A DNA stretch of 64,000 bases from assembly GCF_006345805.1 (NCBI RefSeq), contig NC_043009.1, forward strand, positions 38,626,001 to 38,690,000, given 5' to 3'. The position numbers and the translations under genes were made by a program. The notes beneath the pieces are model-generated. The model saw only the letters and a program-made list of their open reading frames with translations, was not told where the DNA came from and made no database searches. Below, piece after piece: positions 55,550 to 64,000 of this stretch (positions are counted from its first letter, which is position 1; each line of letters opens with the position of its first letter). This stretch comes from Octopus sinensis. Its lineage: Eukaryota.

Positions 55550-55592
<43 letters not shown>

Positions 55593-56041
55593 TATATGGG
55601 TACAGGACATCACCAACAGTAAACAGCATGAAATACGAAGCAAATAATTTAAATGCGCAAATAACGTGAGAAAAAATGGAAAATAATACAAAGAACGACC
55701 CTTCACCATAATTAGTAGCACCTGCAATTTACGTAATATACTGTTGCTATTTTTTAAACACATGCAGTAAATAATTATCTCTACAACGCCTTCAATTCAC
55801 AGACACGCACAGACACACACAGACACACACAGACACACATACACACACAAACACACACACACTGATGTGATAGTTAATTACATTATCTTTCGCATGTTTC
55901 ATTAACATAAGGTGATAATTGGCTACACAATGCAAATTGCGTCATTAAGCCTTGCTGCCAAATCGTCAGAGATGTGTAATTATTAAATGTAACATTGCTG
56001 AACCACTAATAACGCGACTGTAGTCACCATTTTGAAGGTGG

Positions 56042-56091
<50 letters not shown>

Positions 56092-56094
<3 letters not shown>

Positions 56095-56439
56095 GAAGTA
56101 TATTCGCCACTTAAATGTGGCTAACGACTAAGGGTGGATGCTACTGTAGCTTGTAGCCCCAGGAAAACATCTTCTCCAGCTGGCTATTGACACACTTTCT
56201 GTGCCCTATCAGTATTTGCAAAGGGAAGCCATCCTTCCCATCGTCGACCTGATGTGATACGCACGGACCCAGGTTTCGTCAGGTCGACGATAGGAAGGAT
56301 GGATTCCCTTTGCAAATACTGATAGGGCACAGAAAGTGCGTCAATAGCCAGCTGGAGAAGATGTTCTCCTGGGGCTACAAGCTACAGTAGCATCCACCCT
56401 TAGTGGTTAGCCACATTTAAGTGGTAAATATGCTTCACA
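56092..56439. mobile_element. Foldback element with 161-bp arms and 26-nt loop, probably an inverted PLE terminal repeat
   Basis: Arms 56092-56252 and 56279-56439 show about 8 mismatches by eye. The arm start (tgtgaagta..tcgcca.ttaaa) recurs at 61320. The loop holds the GAAAC-CTGG-GTC half of a hammerhead on the minus strand. Confidence 0.85.
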
Positions 56440-57079
56440 TTGTCGTGCAGCTACGATTTGTACCTCGTTCAGAGAATTATTATTGCTTATATATATATAT
56501 ATTATATATATATATATATACACATATATCATACATACATACATACATACATACATACATACATACATACATACATACATACATACATACATACATACAT
56601 AATACATATATATATGAGGATGTTAGGTCGTCATTAGGGATTAGATAATCCAAACATTTCACTGGTTAATCACTAACATATAAGGAGAAAATCTCGACGA
56701 TATGCTAGGGATTATTAATACATATTATTAATAATGAAAGAAAGATAATGAAGAATTATGGATGCATAAATAAATTATTTGTATAATATAATGAGGTTGA
56801 AAGTATTGTATAAAAACAATAGAAATAAATTATAAAACCCTAAAAGAAGTGGCCAATCCCCAAAACCTACATGTGTATTTAGATTCATGCCTATTGGTGA
56901 TTCGTAATTCTAAGCATTTAGGTAGGGTCGTATGCTAAGAATTGGTCCTCATTTTCAACTATATAGGGCAGAATCTCATCCTGTTTCATATAGATGAAAA
57001 TGATGACCAATTCTTAGCATTTGAACCTGCCCATACATACATACATACATACATACATACATACATACATACATACATA

Positions 57080-57405
57080 CAGGAGCACTTCGTCGGTTGC
57101 GACGACGAAGGTCCCAGCTGATACGATCAACGGAACAGATTTGCTCGTGAAATTAAGGTGCAAGTGGTTGAGCACTCCTCACATACGTGTACCCTTAACG
57201 TAGTTCTCGGGGAGATTCAGCGTGACACAGGTTGTGACAAGGCTGACCCTTTGAAATACAGCCACTACTCATTTTTTGCCAGCTGAGTGAGCTGGAGCAA
57301 CGTGAAATAAAGTGTCTTGCTCAAGGACACAACGCGTCGCCGGGAATTGAACTCACGACCTTACGATCATGAGCCGAATGCCCCTAACCACTAAGCCACG
57401 CGCCT
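57080..57405 (-). mobile_element. tRNA-headed SINE family C
   Basis: Alignable to 28180-28460. Confidence 0.85.
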
Positions 57406-57487
57406 TCACACACACACAAACAAACACACGCACACATAAACACAGACACACACACACACAGACACACACACACACACACACATACAC

Positions 57488-57557
<70 letters not shown>

Positions 57558-58085
57558 GTGTATTACTTGATGTGAGAGTTGCGATTATATTGCGAACCAC
57601 GATAATAGAATCTCCTGAACTTCTATTTTTTTTATAATTGCTGTATAAGAAAAAAAAAAAGAAAATGAACTCAAATATCAATAACTCCATGATTGAAAAA
57701 AATAATGAGGAACATTGTTTGTTTCTAAGTGTATTCTGCATCAGAATTTAGTTTTCTAGAAAACACTAATTGCTATATAATAATGAAGGGAATATCGATT
57801 TAAGTGACTTTGAGCAAGAGGAAATGCAATTCAGTTCTTGGATTGCTTTAAAATAATTGGCAAAAATATGGAGGAGATTCGACTGTTCTTCATGGTTTTC
57901 CTCATAGCTTTTGCAATAAGTAATGTTGGGTGAATACTTCGACGCTTGCTTTCCCATGACATGATTTCAGGTTTGGTCTCACTGCGTGGCACTTTGGGTA
58001 AGTGTCTTATCTTATACTACAGCTTCGAGCCGATCAAAGCTCTATGAGTGAATTTAGTAGACGGAAACTGCAGGAGGCTCATCGT

Positions 58086-58110
58086 ACCTATCTATCTATC
58101 TATCTATCTA

Positions 58111-58174
<64 letters not shown>

Positions 58175-58207
58175 CATCCATCCATCCATCCATCCATCCA
58201 TCCATCC

Positions 58208-58295
<88 letters not shown>

Positions 58296-58296
58296 G

Positions 58297-58344
<48 letters not shown>
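58086..58344. repeat. (TATC)n/(CATC)n/(TGTC)n array
   Basis: Direct reading. Confidence 0.95.
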
Positions 58345-58612
58345 GGTTTTTCTTTCCACGGGTAAACCTCACCTATCCCCCCCTTTACACTTTATATTGA
58401 CATTTCTGTGATAACGATCCCTATTGATCGATTTTTTTCTTTTTTCCTTTTATTCCCCCACCCCCTTTTTTTTGCTTTCCTCTTTCTTTCCTTTTACGAT
58501 CCCTTTTGATCGAAAACCAAACCCTCTTTTTTTTATCCCCAAAAAGAAAAGCTCTACCTTGTAATTTGTCCCGTCTGTGTGCAGCCCTGTGTGGCTAATA
58601 AAGAAACATATC
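58345..58612 (+). mobile_element. Solo 3' UTR of the Tx1-type LINE (5'-truncated insertion)
   Basis: Aligns with 60385-60690; ends gccctgtgtggctaataaagaaaca-tatctatc. Confidence 0.85.
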
Positions 58613-58917
58613 TATCTCTATAGAACTATATACTTGCACATGCCACCCCTTCCTACTCCCTCACCATCCAAATCACCACGTAGTCTATCTCCTGTTCCCC
58701 ATGCGGTGTTTTCCAACTAACTGTTACCCATAGACCAACATCAAACCAAAACGCCGCGTGATCTTCCTCGACCAATCGCAGCCCACTTTATGACAATAAC
58801 AATCAACTTCTGTCATTCAAATTCAAAATGGCTGACAACTAGCATCACGCTTGAAACTCAGGTGTAGTAACGAATTTGAATCAAACTGTTTTGTTCTGTC
58901 TGTCTATCTATCTATCT

Positions 58918-60291
58918 GTCACCGTCATAGTGTCTAGCCACGAGCACATCGAGCAGGTCGGCGAGACACTGAAAAACTACGAAGCGGTGACAGGAGCGAA
59001 AATCAACCGGGAAAAGTCAGTGGGCTTGCGACTAGGCACCTGGAGAAGCAAGCCCATGCCGTCCACCAGCGCCTCCGTCGTGGGACGCTGGACCGACGGC
59101 CCGGTTGAGTTGCTCGGGGTCTGGTTTGGTCCGGACCTCCAAGTGGAGAAGAACTGGAACGAAATAACGAGTAGGGTGGTCACTCTCGCCCGGCAATGGG
59201 CCGAGAGGAAACTGTCCCTAAAAGGTCGGGCGGAGGTGGCGAACACGTACATCGCGTCCGTCATCTACTACCGCCTGACCGTCGTACCTTGTCCCGACCC
59301 TACCATCACCAAACTACAACGCATTCTCTTTCGCTTTTTGTGGAAAGGATGCGTCCCGATGGTCAGGCGATCCATTTGCTGTCAACACCCGCTAAAAGGA
59401 GGGCTGGGTATGCCGTGGTTGATGATGCGCAGACACGCGCTGAGACTGCGACATCTCTGGCTCTATGTAGACGACGGTGAACAGGTGTGGTCGCCGTTTG
59501 TGAGGCACGCTTTCCCGCAGCTCGTCTCCATGACCGAACTGCAGTCGTGGATCAAAAAGAGGCCGAGGAAGGGCGATTGGCACCGCGAGTGTCGCGTTGC
59601 TCTCAAGCAACTCTGCCGTCCCGGGTCGACCTTGAGTGACTTCAACACAACCAAAGCATTCTATAGGGGATTAGTGGAGGGGAGGTACGACGACGAGCTC
59701 GGGGCGAACCTGGACGTCGACAAGGAGTACCTGACCCGCCTGTTCAGGACGACTTTCGGGCCAGGGCCCATGGACAACTTCCAGAGATCCCTGGCCTGGC
59801 AGTGCTACCGAGAAGCGCTACCCGTTCGGGATAAGCTCTACAGACACGGCTCGAGAAACACGGGGCCGACCTGCCCGAGATGCGGTCAGAGCGACGAAAC
59901 CGTTCTGCACGCACTAGTGCAGTGTCCAACAATTTCCGACCTGTGGGCTTATGTCGAACAATTGCTGTCACGTGTGGGACGAGTCGGTTTATCAGCTGAG
60001 TCTATCGTCAATATTGTCACGCCTCCTTCCTTCAAACGGGAAGGAAGAGCTATTTTCCTCATCCTTGTGGCTATGGCGAAAGAATGTATCTGGTGGACGC
60101 GTCTGAAAGGATTGGAGACAAACACTTTCCTCTCTGGTCAATCTCTCATCAACTTCTTCAAGTACCACTTGAAAAGGAAAGTGAGAGTAGAGAGGCAAGT
60201 TTTGTCTAGCGAATGTTTTAAAAAAAGATGGGTGAATGTAGCAAGGATGGCACGTATGAATGACGAAACCACCTTGAGCATAATCCTATGA
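58918..60291 (+). pseudogene. Truncated ORF2 (RT C-terminal part, post-RT region, zinc-binding CPRC..ETVLHALVQC)
   Basis: Motifs GAKINREKS, LLGVWFG, LSLKGRAEVAN, GGLGMP and CPRC..H..C are typical of L1/Tx1 ORF2. The track's start codon at 58876 lies in flanking DNA. Confidence 0.9.
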
Positions 60292-60687
60292 ACCCAGAAA
60301 TTGAAAACAGAGGGTTACCCACTTGCAAACAAATGTGGTAACATATAACAATATTGACCAAGGTTACGGTGGTCTTTTTCGTAGGCTTTTCTTCCCACGG
60401 ATAAACCTTACTTGCTTTCCCCTTTACACCATATATCATAACACTGTGATACACGATCCCTATTGATCGTTCTTTTTTTTTTTTTTCCTCTTCCCCTTTT
60501 TGTCCCCTTTTTCTTCTTTTTTCATTTCTCTTTCCTTTTGTTCCTTTTCCTTTTCTTTTTTTTTCTTTTTATTCTTTTTAATTTATTCAATTCTTTTTTT
60601 GTTTTTGTTCTCTTCATCCCCAAAAGAAAAGCTCTACCTTGTAACTTGTCCCATCTGCGTGCAGCCCTGTGTGGCCAATAAAGAAAC

Positions 60688-60688
<1 letters not shown>
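58918..60688 (+). mobile_element. Young 5'-truncated L1/Tx1-clade LINE
   Basis: Uninterrupted ORF2 C-terminal half plus ~400-bp 3' UTR; starts after ctatctatct and ends aataaagaaact-(TATC)n. Confidence 0.92.
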
Positions 60689-60744
<56 letters not shown>

Positions 60745-60777
60745 CATCCATCCATCCATCCATCTATCCATCCATCC

Positions 60778-60854
<77 letters not shown>

Positions 60855-60856
60855 CC
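60689..60856. repeat. (TATC)n/(CATC)n array
   Basis: Direct reading. Confidence 0.95.
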
Positions 60857-60914
60857 GACACGTCTCTCCACAAATAGTGGGGCTCAAAAATGGATGGATG
60901 TAAAATAAAAAGTT

Positions 60915-61135
60915 ACATTCTCGAGTTATACCGACTCATAAGGGCTGTTTCCCAGTTTTCGTGGCATCTAAATTCACCACCTGGAATTCACCACCGCAGC
61001 AGCATTACTCATTTTTTCCAGCTGAGTAAACTGGAGCAACGTGAAATGAAGTGTTATGCCCAAGAGCACAACGCGTCGCCCGGTCAAGGAATCGAAACCA
61101 CAATCTTACGATCATGAGTCCAAAACCTCCACAAA
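60915..61135 (-). mobile_element. SINE family B, partial
   Basis: Shared central domain. Confidence 0.8.
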
Positions 61136-61317
61136 ATGAATGGATGGGCGTAGAAATACAAAGTAGCTGGCGCCTACCGTAGGTATCCTAGTTGTCTAAA
61201 TAATGTTCCTCTTTATTCCTGACTATCTAATTTGTTTATTTTCATTCAAATGTTTTTATTGTTTTAAGAAATTAGCTCGTTAAGAGAATCTCTATAAGAG
61301 ACGAAGGTAGTATATAT

Positions 61318-61530
61318 ACTGTGAAGTAATGTTTATCGCCATTTAAACAAGGGTGGTTTTTAAGAACGGACGATACTGCTATTTTAACACCGGGGGACTT
61401 CTCCAGTTCGTTAACAATGTAATTCGCACTCGATATATATTGCAAGCGGGAAGAGAACTCCTTACTATCCCAGCTATCGAGAACATCAGACCGCGCGGTT
61501 TCGACCTTATTATGGTCATTCTCAGTATGC
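61318..61530 (-). mobile_element. PLE-type terminal-repeat fragment with hammerhead-like motif (61484-61529)
   Basis: Minus strand CATA-CTGAGAAT-GACC ataataa GGTC-GAA-ACCGCGCGGT-C-TGATG; related to the foldback arm at 56092. Confidence 0.55.
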
Positions 61531-61977
61531 TAGACTTAATACTCGTATGCTAGACATACTCGTATGATAGACATACTCGTATGCTAGACATAGCAGTTGT
61601 TCAAAACAAAATAGACTTATTTGAATATCCATCCGGGTTATATCTACCGTACGGATATATTTCTTAAAAACTCCAATTTCTGTGCACAAACACAAATGGA
61701 TAAATTTATGATTCTTATTTATTTACGGCTGATTGGGGTAGAATACATTAGTAGGCTTTCCTAATTTATTGCTTTCATGTTTAGACTTATGTTAATTATG
61801 GAAATGCCAAGGTGTGCTTCCCTCTTACAAATACAAGATTAGTTTCCTTAAAAGGTTCATAGGCATTTGGCCAAAGATGTTATTTTGGTGTTGGCAGTTC
61901 GTGTTTTTACTTGTAAATTGTTGACTACCTGTGTGACTTCGACAGACTTGCATTCAAACATACATTACCCCACCCCC

Positions 61978-62016
<39 letters not shown>

Positions 62017-62168
62017 GCACATACATACATACATACACACACATATATATATATATTCACACAGACACACTGACACACAGGCACAAACACACACATACAC
62101 GCACATATATACAGACAAATGTATGCATTGACACATGCATATTAATACATCTACAAATATCTCTTTCA

Positions 62169-62200
<32 letters not shown>

Positions 62201-62504
62201 ATGTATGTATATAGGGATGTGGGTTCGAGTTCCACGCAGATGGGAAAGCCTACTCTTTTTTTCTGTTCAGGGTTTATATACCCCTTTATTAGACTATTTT
62301 CACTAGTCATTGCACTGTGATCGCAATAAGCTTATTCAAATACCATTATATATACACAGACATGCTGGAAGTAAATAGACACCTTAAATTTTCAAAATTT
62401 CTGATCTAAGCTTCTTAATATGTTTTCAGCGGTGTAGAATTTAGAATTTAATTATTCTTTTTCATTCCAAGTGCCATTATATTAAACATTTGCGAGAAAT
62501 AACC

Positions 62505-62890
62505 ATGCCGCGCACAAAAAATCCAGCAGAACTCTCAGATTTTCAAATATGTATTGTTGGGCAACCTGAGGCTGGTCTTAGCCAGCGAAAAATTGCCGAA
62601 AATCTTCAAATTCCGCTTGCTACTGTTAATAGAATTATAGTGTAATTCAAAAGCCAAAGAAAAGAATCAACAGATTCTTGTCCTGGCCCACCTGGGCCCT
62701 CGGAAAGGAAGCTTCGCTGTTTGAAGAGAATTGTGGAAAACGAACCCCGTTCGAAGGCTTCTGTCATTGCAAAACAGCTAGAAGTTAGTCCAAGAACGTG
62801 TGTTACATATCTCATAAGCTTGGGTATTATGGACGGGCAACTAGAGGAAAACCTCTTCTTCAACCAATTAATATCAAATAAAAGATTTTG
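62505..62890 (+). pseudogene. Decayed Tc1-family transposase N-terminal (HTH) fragment
   Basis: [52 protein letters not shown]..then frameshift to LGYYGRA.RGKPLL; contains a stop and a frameshift. Confidence 0.8.
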
Positions 62891-62964
62891 AAAATTAAAG
62901 GTGTCTATTTACTTCCTGCATGTATGTATGTATACATGTATGTATGTATATATGTATGAATGTA

Positions 62965-63515
62965 TGCTTGCATCTCTCCTGACACATGGGAAGGCATAGC
63001 TATTGATCGGAGCAGGTGGAGAAGGATTGTGCATGAGGGGACAGCCACTTTTGAGAAATCTCGAGTTGCACATGAGAAAGTAAGGAGGGATGTCAGGAAG
63101 GGCATCGCTGTTATACTTCCAGAAGGGAAGGGTCTTCCTTTGATGCTGACATGCAATATCTGTGCAAGACCCTGCCTCAGTAAAGCTGGACTCAAGAGTC
63201 ATCTTCGTAGTCATAAAGCGAGACAGATGAGTGACAACCTGGCCACTGGTGGTGGTATAACACACCATACTAATGTAATCTGTCAGGCATGTGGAAGAGA
63301 GTGTAATTCGGCAGGAGGACTTAAACGACATGCAAAGGTACATGAAGCCCAGTTACAACTACAGCCGGCTATTACCGGTAAAGGTTTTAGTTGCCAATTC
63401 TGTACAAAACATTGTAGATCTTTAGCTGGGCTAAAAAGTCACATTCGATCACAGCACCAGTAACGGTTAAGCTTCGTGCAATGGCCATACTCGATAACGA
63501 GGCGGCAGCCATAAC
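62965..63515 (+). mobile_element. 3' end of an RTE-clade (BovB-like) LINE with three C2H2-like fingers
   Basis: PDTWEGIAIDRSRWRRIVHEG..FEKSR is a typical RTE C-terminal motif, followed by CNIC..HLRSH, CQAC..HAKVH and CQFC..HIRSQH; stop at 63463. Confidence 0.8.
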
Positions 63516-63532
63516 GTATATATATATATATA

Positions 63533-64000
63533 GAATATCTTCAACATTGCCAAAGCAAACCTACCAATCATTGCCCAAAGTAATGAATTAAAAGACATAA
63601 TCACGGATCGAGCTATGGTGCTTAGTAAAAGACAGCCTAAAAACTTGAAAACATTACTAACAAAGGCAAAATTTGACCTCAGCAACAAAGACCAAACATT
63701 CACGGTATCTAATGCAATGATAGCCGATGTGGCACATGCCAATTCATACATACCGGTCAATATATAAACACAAAAACCGGGAAAATATTCACAAACGCGA
63801 ATATGAACTGCAAAAGCAGAAATTTAATTTACTGCATCAAATGCCCAAATTGTGAAGAAATATATGTAGGTCAGACGGGAAACGCACTATTAGAACGCTC
63901 ACGTGTACACCGGCAACAGATTAGAGACCCAGAGGTCCGTCAGATACCTTTGAGTAACCACCTAGCAACATGTGGTCGGAAAATATATATAATATTCCAT
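63533..64000 (+). pseudogene. Penelope-like element linker plus GIY-YIG endonuclease, one frameshift, runs off the window end
   Basis: SKRQPKNLKTLLTKAKF, then after a frameshift near 63710 CNDSRCGTC..NCKSRNLIYCIKCPNCEEIYVGQTGNALLERSRVHRQQI..LSNH. Confidence 0.88.

Noticed and set aside
62960-63463. Host C2H2 zinc-finger gene
   Set aside because: No TGEKPY linkers; the upstream peptide is an RTE C-terminal motif; the start codon comes from a TATG microsatellite.

Overview
AT-rich, repeat-saturated eukaryotic DNA. The SINE families and microsatellite load fit an octopod cephalopod genome best (inference from recalled families, not a search). I could not support any host protein-coding exon, tRNA/rRNA gene or CRISPR array; most ORFs in the track are translated microsatellites. 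The window holds many tRNA-headed SINEs, mariner and Tc1 relics, non-autonomous Helitrons, R4/Dong-like, L1/Tx1 and RTE LINE fragments, and two Penelope-like (PLE) GIY-YIG fragments. The main result is a set of hammerhead-ribozyme (HHR) elements read directly from the sequence. (1) A near-identical 490-bp x3.2 non-coding tandem array (53954-55542) carries three type I HHRs on the minus strand with a perfect catalytic core and a 58-nt branched loop II, i.e. a candidate retrozyme making ~490-nt monomer or circular RNAs. (2) A 401-bp terminally redundant insert (363-nt period) splits a SINE and carries an HHR at the tip of a rod-like stem. (3) Further solo or minimal HHRs and foldbacks turn around at or near the ribozyme. 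A young Tx1-type LINE appears tied to (TATC)n arrays. All coordinates and pairings were counted by eye and may be off by a few bases.
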